The notes below the pieces were generated by a model that saw only the letters and a program-made list of their open reading frames with translations, was not told the origin of the DNA and searched no databases. Below, piece by piece: positions 36,290 to 48,754 of a stretch of 64,000 bases of DNA. Numbering within the stretch: the first letter of the stretch is position 1; each line of letters begins with the position of its first letter. The position numbers and the translations under genes are program-made. Origin of the DNA: Mustelus asterias (lineage: Eukaryota); the NCBI RefSeq assembly GCF_964213995.1, contig NC_135830.1:9672001-9736000 (forward strand). Direction: 5' to 3'.

Positions 36290-37620
36290 ACACAGTCATC
36301 GAGGTTTATAGCACGGAAACAGGCCCTTCAGCCCAACTTGTCCATGCTGCCCCTTTTTTAAATCCCGAAGCTAGTCCCAATTGCCCGCATTTGGCCCATA
36401 TCCCTCTATACCCATCATACCCGTGTAACTGTCTAAATGCTTTTTAAAAGACAAAATTGTACCTGCCTCTACTACTACCTCTGGCTGTTTGTTCAAGACA
36501 CTCGCCACCCTCTGTATGAAAATATTGCCCCTCTGGGCACTTTGTATCTCTCCCCTCTCACCTGAAATCTATGCCCTCTAGTTTTAGACTCCCATACCTT
36601 TGGGAAAAGATATTGACTATCTAGCTGATCTACGTCCCTCATTATTTTATAGACCTCTATAAGATCGCCCCTATGCCTCCTGCGCTCCAGAAAAAAAAGT
36701 CCCAGTCTATCCAGTCTCTCCTTATAACAATCAAATCCCAGTAGCATCCCAGTAAATCTTTTCTGCACTCTTTCTCGTTTAATAACATCCTTTCTATAAT
36801 AGGGTGACCAGAATTGCACACAGTATTCCAAGTGTGGCCTTACCAATGTCTTGTACAACTTCAACAAGACGTACCAACTCCTGTATTCAATGTTCTGACC
36901 AATGAAACCAAGCATGCCGAATGCCTTCTTCGCCACTCTACCTATGAACCTGTACCCCTCGATCTCTTTGTTCTATAACTCTCCCCAATGCCCTACAATT
37001 AACTGAGTAAGTCCTGTCCTGGTTCGATCTACCAAAATGCATCACCTCGCATTTATCAAAATTAAACTCCATCTGCCATTCACCAGCCCACTGGCCCAAT
37101 TGATCAAGATCCCGATGCAATCCTAGGTAACCTTCTTCACTGTCCACTATGCCACCAATCCTGGCTTCATCTGCAAACTTACTAACCATGCCTACTAAAT
37201 TCTCATCCACATCATTAATATAAATGACAAATAACAGTGGACCCAACACCGATCCCTGAGGTACACTGCTGGTCACAGGCCACCAGTTTGAAAAACAACC
37301 ATCTACAACCACCCTCTGTCTTCTGTCATCAAGCCAATTTTGTACCTAGTTGGCTACCTCATCCTGGATCCCGTGAGATTACCCTTATGCAACAACTTAC
37401 CATTTGATACCTTGTCAAAGGCCTTGCTAAAGTCCATGTAAAGAACATCAACTGCACTGCCCTCATCTACCTTCTTGGTTACCCATTCAAAAAACTCAAT
37501 CTCAATCAAATTTGTGAGACATGATTTTCCACTGCAAAGCCATGCTGACTGTTTCTAATCAGTCCTTGCCTCTCTGCATGCCTGTAGATCCTGTCTCTCA
37601 AAATACCTTCCAACAACTTG
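36290..37620 (-). mobile_element. CR1 LINE RT fragment within older plus-strand CR1 remains (36000-36290, 37640-37910)
   Basis: VPQGSVLGP, FADEA, RPHLEYCVQFWSP. Confidence 0.9.
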
Positions 37621-38165
37621 TTGGAACTGTTGTTTACTCTTATGGGAGAATCTTGGGGTCACTGTTTAAACAAGTGTTGCCATAGAGACAGAGATTAGAT
37701 ATTTTTCTCTCAGTGGGTCGTGAATCTTTGGATCTCCATTCCTCAAAAGTGGGAGTAGAGTAGATATATATCTCTTGGGGCCAAAGGGATATTATGGGGG
37801 GATGGGTGGGACAAGGGTATTGAATTTGAGGATCAACCATGACCATAATGAATGGCAGGGAATGTTGAAAGGGCTGAATGGTCTCCTTCCGCTTCTATTT
37901 TCTATGTAAACATGAGGAGCCTGGGGCTGAAGTGTAACCAAGTGTAAAGGCCATAAGACATAGGAGCAGAATTAGGCCACTCGGCCCATCGAGTCTGCTT
38001 CACCATTCAGTCATGGGCTGATATTTTTCTCATCCCCATTCTCCTCCCTTTTCCCCATAACCCCTGATCCACTTATTAATCAAGAACTTATCTATTGAGG
38101 TCACTCAATGACCTGGCCTCCATAGCCTTCCGCAGCAAAGAGTTCCACAGATTCACCACTCTCTG

Positions 38166-39008
38166 GTGGGCCAGTGGGCTGACGAATGGCAGATGGAGTT
38201 TAATTCAGACAAATGCGAGGTGATGCATTTTGGTAGATTGAACCAGGGCAGGACTTACTCAGTTAATGGCAGGGCGTTGGGGACAGTTACAGAACTAAGA
38301 GATCTAGGGGTACATGTTCATAGCTCCTTGAAAGTGGAGTCACAGGTGGACAGAGTGGTGAAGAAGGCATCTGGCATGCTTGGTTTCATCGGTCAGAACA
38401 TTGAATACAGGAGTTGGGACGTCTTGTTGAAGTTGTAGAAGACATTGGTAAGGCCAGACTTAGAATACTGTGTGTAATTCTGGTCACCCTATTATACAAA
38501 GGATATTATTAAACTAGAAAGAGTGCAGAAAATATTTACTAGGATGCTACCGGGACTTGATGGATTGAGTTATAAGGAGAGGCTGAATAGACTGGGACTT
38601 TTTTCTCTGGAGCGTAGGAGGCTGAGGGCTGACCTTATAGAAGTCTATAAAATAATGAGGGGCATAGACAAGGTAGATCGTCAATATCTTTTCCCAAAGG
38701 TAGGGGAGTCTAAAACTAGAGGGCATAGGTTTAAGGTGAGAGGGGAGAGATACAAAAGTGACCACAGGGGCAATATTTTCACACAGAAGGTGGTGAGCGT
38801 CTGGAACAAGCTGCCAGAGGTAGTAGTCGAGGTGAGTACAATTTTATCTTTTAAAAAGCATTTAGATAGTTACATGGGTATGATGGGAATAGAGGGATAT
38901 GGGCCAAATGCAGGCAATTGGGATTAGCTTTAGGGGTTTTAAAGAAAAGGGCGGCATGGACAAGTTGGGCCGAAGGGCCTGTTTCCAAGCTGTAAACCTC
39001 TATGACTC
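38166..39008 (+). mobile_element. CR1 3' fragment nested in a minus-strand CR1 3' end (37950-38165, 39009-39170)
   Basis: WQMEFNSDKC...GPNAGNWD; the host element resumes after a repeated CTCTGG. Confidence 0.88.
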
Positions 39009-39171
39009 TGGCTGAAGAAATTCTTCCTCATCTCTGTTTTAAAGGATCGTCCCTTTAGTCTGAGGTTGTGCCCTCTGGTTCTAGTTTTTCCTACGAGTGG
39101 AAACATCCTCTCCACGTCCACTCTGTCCAGGCCTCGCTGTACCCTATAAGTTTCAATAAGTTCCTCCTCAA

Positions 39172-39470
39172 CCGTGGCATCCATTCCTGCAGCGTATCAG
39201 GTAGACAACGTTGGCCGAGTTGCAAGAGTAGGTACCGTGTACCAGGTAGATGGTGTTCTCACGTGAGATGATGGCATCCGTGTCGATGATCCGGCACGTC
39301 TTGCAGAGGTTGCTGTGGCAGGGCTGTGTGGTGTCGTGGTCACTGTTCTCCTGAAGGCTGGTTAGTTTGCTGCGGACAATGGTCTGTTTGAGGTTGTGCG
39401 GTTGTTTGAAGGCAAGAAGTGGGGGTGTGGGGATGGTCTTGGCGAGATGTTCGTCTTCATCAATGACATG
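39172..39470 (-). mobile_element. Penelope-like family 1 internal fragment
   Basis: Highly similar to 30955-31150 and extends further upstream. Confidence 0.85.
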
Positions 39471-40069
39471 TCATTGATCAGAACTGAATCCAGACAGAGG
39501 AGAGGGAGGGAGAAAACTGGGAATGGAGGAAAAGAATGTTGGAGATGATGAGATGGGTTTGGATTTCAGCCCAGGGAGGAGGGAGTGTGTGTGGGACGGG
39601 AATTTACAGATTTGGGGGAACAAGCGGAAAAAATGTTCCAGAGAAACTAGAATTGTCTGTTCAGAATTTCTATCCTGGACTGACAGTAGTTTTGTTATCT
39701 TCTTTTGCAGGATATTTGAAGGGGAAGATTTACAGACTGGAAACTCAAATCAAATTTCATACGAATATTTTACAATCATTTGATTTATCAGCACCTAAAC
39801 TCAATTAGCCTTTGAATGTGGAAGGAAAAATGTTTGTTCTGCCTGTGGGAAAAGATTTCAAACATCAGTGTGACTGGAGAAGCATCGAGACACATGCACA
39901 CACTGGAGTGAGACTGTTCCAGTGAACTGACTGTGGAAAGAGCTTTACCCAGTTACGCAGCCTGAAAAACATCACACCATTCACTGTCAGGTGAAACCGT
40001 ACACGCGTTCTGTGTGGACGAGGATTTAACAGATCATCCAACCTGGAGAGACACAAAGACACCAGCACC

Positions 40070-41428
40070 ATGGAGAAACAGTGGAAATGTGAAGACTGTG
40101 GAAAAGTATGTACAACCCCATCTCAGCTGGAAATTCATCGACGCAGTCACACTGGGGAGAGACCATTCATCTGTTGTATGTGTGGTAAAGGATTCGCTCA
40201 GTCATTTAGCCTGGTGTCACACCAGCGAGTTCACACTGAGGACAGACCGTTTAAATGCTCTGACTGTGGGAACAGTTTTAAGAGTTCTGAGGGTTTAATT
40301 CACCATCAACGGGTTCACACTGGCGAGAGACCATTCAATTGCTCTCAATGTGGGAAGAACTTCAGGCAAGTATCTCACCTCACTGAACACCTACGTGTTC
40401 ACACTGGGGAGAAACCCTTCACCTGCTCCATGTGTGGGAAGGGATTCACTTGTGCTTCCCACCTCACTGAACACAAGCGTGTTCACACTGGGGAGAGACC
40501 ATTCAGCTGCTCTCAGTGTGGGAAACATTTCAGGCAGTATTCCACCCTCACTGAACACAAGCGTGTTCACACTGGGGAGAGACCATTCAGCTGCTCTCAG
40601 TGTGGGAAACATTTCAGGCAGTATTCCACCCTCACTGAACACAAGCGTGTTCACACTGGGGAGAGACCATTTGTTTGCTCCTTTTGTGGGAAAGGATTTG
40701 TTAAATCATCCCATCTTTTTAGACACCAGCGCATCCACACTGGAGAGAGACCATTCACCTGCGCTGAGTGTGGGAAGAGATTCACTACAACATCTCATCT
40801 CAGTGAACACCAGAGTCTTCACACTGGGGAGAAACCTTTCACCTGCTGCCTATGTGGCAAGGGATTCACATGTTTATCCTACCTCAGAAGACACAAAATT
40901 GTTCACTCCGATGAGAGACCCTGTAAATGTTCTGACTGTGGGAAGAGGTTTAAAAGCAGAAATGAACTGATGAAACACCAGCCTCTTCACACAGGGGAGA
41001 GGCCGTTTGCTTGCTCTGTGTGTGGGAAGGGATTCACTCAGTCATCACAGCTCAGCAACCATCAGCTTGTTCACACTGATAAGAGACCGTTTAAATGCTC
41101 TGACTGTGGAAAGAGCTTTAAAAGTGCAGGGAATCTGCAGAGACACCAAACCACTCCCACTGAGAGAGGCTGTTCAGCTGCTCTTCATCTGGGAACTGAT
41201 TCACTACTTCATCCCAAATCACTGGACACCTGCGGGTTCACACTGGTGGGAGGCCATTCCTCTGATTTGAGTGTGGGAAGGGATTCACTGTCATCCAGCC
41301 TGCTAAAACACCGGTGCACTCCCACTGAGGGAGCATGTTCACCTGCTCCGTGTGAGACAAGGGATTCAATCAGTTCAGCAGCTTTATTTCACATCAACTT
41401 GTTCAGACCGAAAAATAAATGGTTTTGA
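40070..41428 (+). CDS. C2H2 zinc-finger protein F, 12 intact fingers plus a frameshifted tail from decayed fingers
   Basis: accATG-EKQWKC; 452-aa ORF; fingers 6 and 7 identical; acceptor TTTTGCAG|GATAT at 39710/39711; finger debris continues to ~41620. Confidence 0.88.
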   Translation: MEKQWKCEDCGKVCTTPSQLEIHRRSHTGERPFICCMCGKGFAQSFSLVSHQRVHTEDRPFKCSDCGNSFKSSEGLIHHQRVHTGERPFNCSQCGKNFRQVSHLTEHLRVHTGEKPFTCSMCGKGFTCASHLTEHKRVHTGERPFSCSQCGKHFRQYSTLTEHKRVHTGERPFSCSQCGKHFRQYSTLTEHKRVHTGERPFVCSFCGKGFVKSSHLFRHQRIHTGERPFTCAECGKRFTTTSHLSEHQSLHTGEKPFTCCLCGKGFTCLSYLRRHKIVHSDERPCKCSDCGKRFKSRNELMKHQPLHTGERPFACSVCGKGFTQSSQLSNHQLVHTDKRPFKCSDCGKSFKSAGNLQRHQTTPTERGCSAALHLGTDSLLHPKSLDTCGFTLVGGHSSDLSVGRDSLSSSLLKHRCTPTEGACSPAPCETRDSISSAALFHINLFRPKNKWF

Positions 41429-41742
41429 TGTTCTGATTGTGACGAGATTTAAAAGTGCAATGGATCTGCTGCAACACAAGCACAACACTGAGCAGAGGCT
41501 GTTTACCTGCTCCATGTGTGGGAAGGGATTCACTCAGTCATTGTATCTCAGTGAACATCAACTTGTTCACAATGAGAAAAGACTGTTTAAATGCTTGGAC
41601 TGTGAGAAGAGGTTTAAAAGCTCCCTCCCTAACAGCACCGTGTACCTGCACCATAGGGACTGCAGTGATTGAAGAAGGCAGCTCACCACCACCTTCACAA
41701 GAGTAATGAGGAAGGGGCAATAAATGCTGGCCTGAGCGTTTG

Positions 41743-42993
41743 AAAAATGGATAGAAGTCATCGGTGATTTTTCACTCAGTTATTAAGAAGCAACGGTTTA
41801 GATATGATACATAAAAGACATAAAACCTGTAATAGGTAAGATCCCGGATGAAGGAAATACTGATCTCCGCTGATCGCTGGAGGTGATATTCTCCTCGGAA
41901 TGGGATGCGGACAGAGATGCCCACATCCTGTAAATTAATATGAAAAAAGTAATCTGCTGAGACACCAACCCACAGATACTGGAGAGGCCTTTCACCTGCA
42001 GTGTGAGAGAGAAGCAATTTATTCTCATTCACCCTGCAGACACACCAGTGAGATAACAAGTGATTCCAGGGGTTGGATTCTGCTTTAATCACATCCGGGA
42101 CTCAACTGTGTTCATTCTGATATTTGGAGTTTTTTTTTCAGTTGATGTTAATAATCCCTGGAACTGGGCTGGAGTTTAATAACCTGTATATAATTAAATC
42201 AGCTTTGTGACAAACTCAGTGTCGGAGTCCTTGATTTCACTAAGAGGAGACTGATTGATGTCCTGTTACTGACTGTTCCATGGTTGGGTCTTTTCTCCTT
42301 TTTTAATGGAAGATTTATATTTGTAATAGCACCTTTCACAACTTCAGGATGTCCCAAAGTGCTTTACAGCCAATGAAGTTCTTTGAAGTGTAATCAATGC
42401 CTTAGTGTAGGAAATGCAGTCCCCAAATTGTGCACAGCAAGATCCCACGCACAAATGTGATTGTGAGCAGAGAATCTGTTCAGTGATGATTGTTGAGGGA
42501 TAAATATTAAGCAATAAACTTCTCTGCTCTTTGGAATAACATCCTGGGAAGTTTTACACCCAACTAAGAGGGCAGATGGGTCCATGGTTGAAGGTCTCAT
42601 CTGGAAGATGGGACCTGTGACAGTGCAGTGCTCCCTCAGAACTGCATCAGAATATCAGCCTGGATTTGATGCTGATGTTTCTGGATGTGGATTTGAACCC
42701 TCAACCTCCTGACTCAGAGATAAGAATGTAACCACTGAGGCACAACTAACTGATCATTATTCTAGATTATTTCAGTTACTCTCATGGAAGAGTGTAAGGT
42801 TTTAGTCTGGGGATTATAGATGACCAGAAATACCCAAAAAATGGATAGAAGTCACCGGTGATTTTTCACTCAGTTATTAAGAAGCAACAGTTTAGATATG
42901 ATACATAAAAGACATACAACCTGTAATAGGTAAGATCCCGGATGAAGGAAATACTGATCTCAGCGTCTGGAGGTGATATTCTCCTCGGAATGG
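41743..42993. repeat. ~160-bp direct repeat pair (41743-41903 and 42836-42993)
   Basis: AAAAATGGATAGAAGTCA...GGTGATATTCTCCTCGGAATGG occurs twice. Confidence 0.85.
42312..42750 (-). mobile_element. DeuSINE-like (SacSINE1/AmnSINE-type) SINE with L2-like tail
   Basis: Minus-strand tRNA head GCCTCAGTGGTT...GGTTCAAATCC, CTGAGGGAGCACTGCACTGTC Deu-like domain, tail TAAAGCACTTTGGGACATCCTGA...AAAGGTGCTAT. Confidence 0.7.
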
Positions 42994-43187
42994 TTTGCTG
43001 ATCCCGGATCAGAAGGATGCCGATCTCCTGTCTCAGTTACCTTTAACCACTTTGAGAAGCTCTTATTTCTGTGGCGGGGGTCGGGGGGTTGGTGGGTGGC
43101 TAGTGTTGGTGTTTATGTCAATCATTTATTTAATTATCATTTGCAAGGGACAGATGTTCAGTGAATTCCCTGCTATTTCCATTCGAG

Positions 43188-43730
43188 TCATAGAGGTTTA
43201 AGCATGGAAACAGGCCCTTTGGCCCAACTTGTTCATGTTGCCCCTTTTTTTAACCATAAAGCTAGTCCCAGTTGCCCACATTTGGCCCATATCCCTCTAT
43301 ACCCATCTTACCCATGTAACCGCTTTTTAAAAGACAAAATTGTACCCGCCTCTATTACTACCTCTGGCAGCTTGTTCCAGTCACTCACCACCCTCTGTGT
43401 GAAATGATTGCCCCTCTGGACACTTTTGTATCTCTCCTCTCTCACATTAAACCTATGCCCTCTAGTTTGAGACTCCCCTACATTTGGGAAAAGATATTGA
43501 CTATCTAGCTGATATGTGCCCCTCATTATTTTATAGACCTCGATAAGTTCACCCCTCAGCCTCCTATGCTCCAGAGAAAAAAGTCCCATCTATCCAGCCT
43601 CTCCTTATAACTCAATCCATCAAGTCCCGGTAGCATCCGAGTAAATCTTTTCTGCAATCTTTCTAGTTTAATAATATCCTTTCTATAATAGGGTGACCAG
43701 AATTGCACACAATATTCCAAATGGGGTCTT
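43188..43730 (-). mobile_element. CR1 3' fragment
   Basis: RPHLEYCVQFWSPYYRKD; similar to 36290-36840. Confidence 0.88.
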
Positions 43731-44109
43731 ATTGTTCTGACTTTGCCAACAGGGCTATGGAATTTATTGGATAGATCTTCCAAAGGCCAGCACAGGCATA
43801 CTGAGCTGAATGGTTTCCATCTGTGCTGTATCATTCTGTAAAACAACGAATATTCAGAATCAGGAAGAGACAGAACGAGAGGAACCAGTGACTGTGCGAT
43901 TGAATCCAGCCAGAGTCAGCACCATCAGGGAAGTGGAAAGAGAGGAGACAGTGTAAAAGCTTCTAAATTTCTGTGTAGTTCCACAGGAGAACTTTGAGAA
44001 ATTTAACATAGCATATCATCAATTCGCAATAATTTGCGTTTTTAAAAAATTAATTTATCTCAATAGCTAACAATGTTATTTTATATTCATTGTTTGAGGT
44101 TACAATGGC

Positions 44110-44580
44110 GCTGCTGTTAACCACCATTCCCTGCGGATGTGAAAGTACCCTATTCCCTCCACAGGAGCCCACTGCGCAGGCGCGGTGCTGTATGTGACGC
44201 ATGCACAATGTCACTTTGTTCGGAGCCCTGCCGGTGCCGGAGTCGCTTTTTTCAACGGGTGAGAGTGTGTGGGGCGGAGGGAGGAATGGAGCCGGGAGTC
44301 AGGGTGGGGAGGGAGTGGAGGCTTCACAAACACCCGCTGTGGGCCGCAAGGTCCGAATAAGAGCCTGCGGGTCCCGGGTTTGCAGCTGCGGGGATTTTAT
44401 CCGGGATCAGGCCCAGTGCCGCGGCCGCCATCTTTGTTCCGCGGGGAGCAGAGCGCATGCGCGGCCAGTAGGCGGTGCTTCAGGCTCCCGGTGACCAGGA
44501 GAGGAAAGGTTTGACTCATTGACTGACAGGGCGGGTTAATTGGCGCTCTCTTCAGAGAGGGAAGGTGCTGCAGGGCGAAT
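44110..44580. promoter_or_regulatory. Promoter module P2 (inverted copy); probable exon 1 of gene H
   Basis: TGCGCAGGCGC, donor CGG|GTGAGA near 44259, GGCCGCCATCTTT (YY1-like, minus strand), GCGCATGCGCG. Confidence 0.7.
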
Positions 44581-44743
44581 GTGCAGCCATCCGAATAACA
44601 GAAGAAAATATAATCAGAATTAGGAGTATGAGGAGGCCATTCGACCCATCAAGGTTGCTCTGCGATTCAATAAACTCATGGCTCATCTGATCAAGAAAAT
44701 GCTGGAAAATCTCAGGTGTGACAGCATCTGTGGAGAGAGAATA

Positions 44744-44784
44744 GAGCTAAAGTTTCAAGTCTGGATGACCCTTCGTCAGAGCTC
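44744..44784 (-). ncRNA. Hammerhead motif in a Penelope-like family 2 fragment (44695-44784); stem III palindrome mutated
   Basis: GAGCU-CUGACGA-A-GGGUC-AUCCA-GACUU-GAAA-CU-UU-AGCUC. Confidence 0.65.
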
Positions 44785-45398
44785 GTCTGTTCATTGTCAT
44801 AACTCAGTTTTCCTCCAGCCTCTCTCACCCTTAACTCCCTTGGAGGTGAAACTCCCGGTGCGAACACAGCCTTGAATATACTCAATGACCAATCTCCACT
44901 GCCCACTGGGGGAGAGAACTCCACGGGCTACTGGCCCTCTGAGAGATGCAATTGCTCCTCAGCTCTGTCCCTTTTTTTAAACTGTCCCTGCAATTTTTGA
45001 TTCCCTGATATGGGGAAACAGCACTTACCCTGTCAAGTACCCTCAGAATCATATGTGCTTCAGTTAGATCTCCTCTCATTTATCTAAAATCCAATGAGTA
45101 TCGACGCACCCTGTTAACCTTTCCTTAATAAACAAACTTCTTTATGCCAGGAACTATCGTAGTGGACCTTGTCTGAACTGCAACCTATGTCACCATTTCA
45201 ATCTTAAATAATCCTGTGCTAGGAAACAGAAGGAGAGGTGTTATGAATTTATATTCTGGACTAACTAATGGATTTTGGAAACTCCTTTTACGGTTAGAAG
45301 GGGAGGATTTATACACAGCAATCTCAAACCAAGAAAAATGTTTATCTCTTAATCTCTAACCACTGTTGACACATGACTCTTGTAATCTCCTTTCACAG

Positions 45399-45515
45399 GG
45401 AATTAGAAGATTTGAAGACTGCAATTGTTGTCCGACTCCAGTGCTTCTGGCATCTTTCCAGCTGCAGGCTCCAGCAGGAGGTTTTAAATTTGAAAACAGT
45501 GAAATTGTTCCAGAG
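45399..45515 (+). other. Probable non-coding 5' exon of gene H
   Basis: TTTCACAG|GG...GAG|GTGAGT; homologous to 25734-25838. Confidence 0.55.
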
Positions 45516-45609
45516 GTGAGTATTATTGCGCATTCATCTACAGTTTAGAGTTTTTAGTGCTTTGCTCTGTTATCTGCGAGAGGTTTCATGGCTCTGGGAC
45601 TGGTGTGAT

Positions 45610-45780
45610 TCACCAGCGAGTTCACACTGGGGAGAGGCTGTTCACCTGCATTGTGTGTGGGAAGGGATTCAGTCAGTCATCCACCTGCTGAGACACCAGC
45701 GAGTTCACAAGTGGTTGCAGGGGTTGGATTTTGCTGTTTTGCTGCTGTTAAATCACATTCAGGATTGAACCATGTTCATT
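45610..45780 (+). pseudogene. Zinc-finger 3'-end relic (last finger and tail)
   Basis: [23 protein letters not shown], frameshift, then [18 protein letters not shown]. Confidence 0.75.
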
Positions 45781-46234
45781 CATCTGAATTATCGATGCAG
45801 ATTTGATGGGCTGAATAGTCTCTTTCTGCACTGTAGGGGTTCCACGGATTCTTAAAATTCTGTCCGAATTGAAGATAATTTCACTATTTCTGATTTCCGT
45901 ACATCTGGAGATAAATTCCACTCCTTTGTGAGCATTTTGATTGATTTGATGGCTCGCAATGATGTTTCAAATTCATTATTCACTCTAAGCCAGTGAGGAA
46001 AGAGTGTTCCACAGCAACTAGAATTGTCTGTTCTCAGTTTCTGAGCTGTACTGACTGTGATGACATTTGTAAACTCCTTTTACAGGATATTAAAAGGGGA
46101 GGATTTGCCAGAAGAAATCTCAAATGAAACTTCACGTCAAGCTCTGACAGAGTCACTCATTAGGACGGGGAAAACCATCACCCATTTTACCATCAGAGTG
46201 ACAGGAAAAGCACCAAGACGCAGTCACCCACACC

Positions 46235-47083
46235 ATGGGAAAACCATGGAAATGTGGGGATTGTGGAAAGGGATTCAGATCCCCATCTGAGCTGGAAACA
46301 CATCGACGCAGTCACACTGGGGAGAGGCCATTCACCTGCTATCAGTGTGGAAAGAGATTTACTAATTCATCCGACCTGCTTACACACCAGCGAGTTCACA
46401 CTGGGGAGAGGCCATTCACCTGCTCTGATTGTGGGAAGAAATTTAGTATTTCATCCAATCTAGTGAGACACCGTCGAGTTCACTCTGGGGAGAGACCATT
46501 CACCTGCTCAGTGTGTGGAAAAAGATGCAGAGATTCATCCACCCTGCTGGTACACCAGCAAGTTCACACCAAGGAGAGGCTGTTCACTTGTTCTGAGTGT
46601 GGGAAGGGATTCACTCGGTTATCCAGTCTGCAGAGACACCATCGCGTTCACACTGGGGAGAGACCATTCACCTGCTCAGAGTGTGGGAAAGGATTCAGAG
46701 ATTCATCTGACCTGCTGGCACATCAGCGAGTTCACACTGGAGAGAGGCCGTTCATCTGCTCCGTGTGTGGGAAAGGATTTGGAGATTCCTCCACCCTGCT
46801 GACACACCAGCGAGTTCACACTGGGGAGAGGCCGTTCACCTGCTCCAATTGTGGGAGGGGATTCAGTCAGTTAGCCAATCTGCTGAGACACCAGCAAATT
46901 CACAGCGGGGACAGGGAGAGGCCTTTCACCTGCTCGGAGTGTGAGAAGCGATTCAGTGATTTACCTACCCTGCAGACACACCAGCGAGTCCACACTGGGG
47001 AGAGACCATTCACCTGCTCTGACTGTGGGAAGGGATTCACTCAGTCATCCCACCTGCTGAGACACCAGCGAGTTCACAAGTGA
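46235..47083 (+). CDS. C2H2 zinc-finger protein H, 10 fingers
   Basis: accATGG-GKPWKC, intact 282-aa ORF; acceptor TTTTACAG|GATAT at 46085/46086. Confidence 0.9.
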   Translation: MGKPWKCGDCGKGFRSPSELETHRRSHTGERPFTCYQCGKRFTNSSDLLTHQRVHTGERPFTCSDCGKKFSISSNLVRHRRVHSGERPFTCSVCGKRCRDSSTLLVHQQVHTKERLFTCSECGKGFTRLSSLQRHHRVHTGERPFTCSECGKGFRDSSDLLAHQRVHTGERPFICSVCGKGFGDSSTLLTHQRVHTGERPFTCSNCGRGFSQLANLLRHQQIHSGDRERPFTCSECEKRFSDLPTLQTHQRVHTGERPFTCSDCGKGFTQSSHLLRHQRVHK

Positions 47084-47869
47084 TGACTGGGGTTGTATTC
47101 TGCTCTTATTGCTGCTGTTAATCACATCCGGAACTGAACCATGTTCATTCTGACAGTTGGTGAAGTGTGGGGGTCAGAGGGTTTCTTGCTGTTGGACTGG
47201 CCGGTCTCTCAATTTTCATTCCAGTGGCTGATTCTCTTTGAGCGAGGGCACATTTCCACTGAAATGATCCACAAAAACAGATGTCAGATGAGACTGAGAT
47301 GAGGAAAAAATTCTGAACTCAAAGGACAGTGAACTTGTGGAATTCTCCACCACAGACGGCTGTGGAATCCAAGTCACTGAATATATTCAAGGAAGAGATG
47401 GATTTTATTTTAGATTTTAATGGCTTCAAGCGGTGTGGGGAGAATATGGCATTGAGATCGAGGATCAGCCATGATCATATTGAATGGTGGAGCAGACTCG
47501 AATGGCCTGCTCCAAGTTTCTATAGAGTACATTAATTTTATCCTGGATAGTAAATAGTCTTTTTCCTCCCACTACAGGTGTCTTGTCGCTCATCCGTCCT
47601 CGTTCTGAGGGTTGGCCGCGCTCTGAACAATCTTTCTCCACTGATTTCTCAGCTGCTCTCACTGCCTGTCCCATCGAGAGGCCGGTCCACATTCTGATAC
47701 TATCCACCCGTGCCATCTCGGGCCTTCCTTGTACACATTTTCCAGGTGTTTTGTCTCGCATTGGTCAATAAAAATGCCTTTCACCAGGATGCTGTGTCAC
47801 AAGTCTTTGTATTAGCTAAAGTTTTGGCAATACTTTGTCTCTGAAAGAAACCCCGTAACAGCCCTGAAC

Positions 47870-48048
47870 ATCACTGGCCTTTGAATGTGGAAGGAGCAAT
47901 GTTACATCTATTCTGTCCATGGGATAAGATTTCAGATATAGTTGTGACTGGAAAAGCACTGAGACACACACACCCGAGTGAGAGTGTTCCAGTGAACTGA
48001 GTGTGGAAAGAGCTTTAACCAGTTACACAGCCTGAAAATACATCACAC
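47870..48048 (+). pseudogene. Orphan dead-finger leader relic, cut off at a SINE
   Basis: CACACCCGAGTGAGAGTGTTCCAG...GGAAAGAGCTTTAACCAGTTACACAGCCTGAAAATACATCACAC. Confidence 0.7.
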
Positions 48049-48049
48049 T

Positions 48050-48393
48050 ATAGAAACATAGAAACCCTACAGTGCAGAAGGAGGCCATTCGGCCCATCGA
48101 GTCTGCACCGACCACAATCCCACCCAGGCCCTACCCCCACATATTTTACCCGCTAATCCCTCTAACCTACACATCCCAGGACTCTAAGGGGCAATTTTTA
48201 ACCTGGCCAATCAACCTATCCCGCACATCTTTGGACTGTGGGAGGAAACCGGAGCACCCGGAGGAAACCCACGCAGACACGAGGAGAATGTGCAAACTCC
48301 ACACAGACAGTGACCCGAGCCGGGAATCGAACTCAGGACCCTGGACCCTGGAGCTGTGAAGCAGCAGTGCTAACCACTGTGCTACCGTGCCGC
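48050..48393 (-). mobile_element. HE1/V-SINE-like SINE
   Basis: Very similar to 1579-1913. Confidence 0.9.
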
Positions 48394-48754
48394 TATAGGG
48401 TAAGTAGATGGGAACGTCGGAATGATAAAGTATAATTTGGGGAAAAAGGTTATCCGCATTGTTGGGAAGAATAGAAAATCAGCATTTTATTTAAATAGAG
48501 AGGCTGCAGAATTCCACAGTGGTCTCCTCGATGAGGGATATACTCAGCATGACCACTGTGACTGTGTCCTGTCGATGTACAGCTGCATTGCAGGGTCAGG
48601 ATCATCTCTGAAGGAGCTGCCGGTTAGTCCCTTTTCCTCAGAGCCTTCACTACAATTAGAGAATGATGACAGCAAACAAAGAGGTCATTCAGCCCATCGT
48701 GTTCACACCCACACCAGCTTTCTGAGAGAGTGACACAGCCAGTCCCACTCCCCA

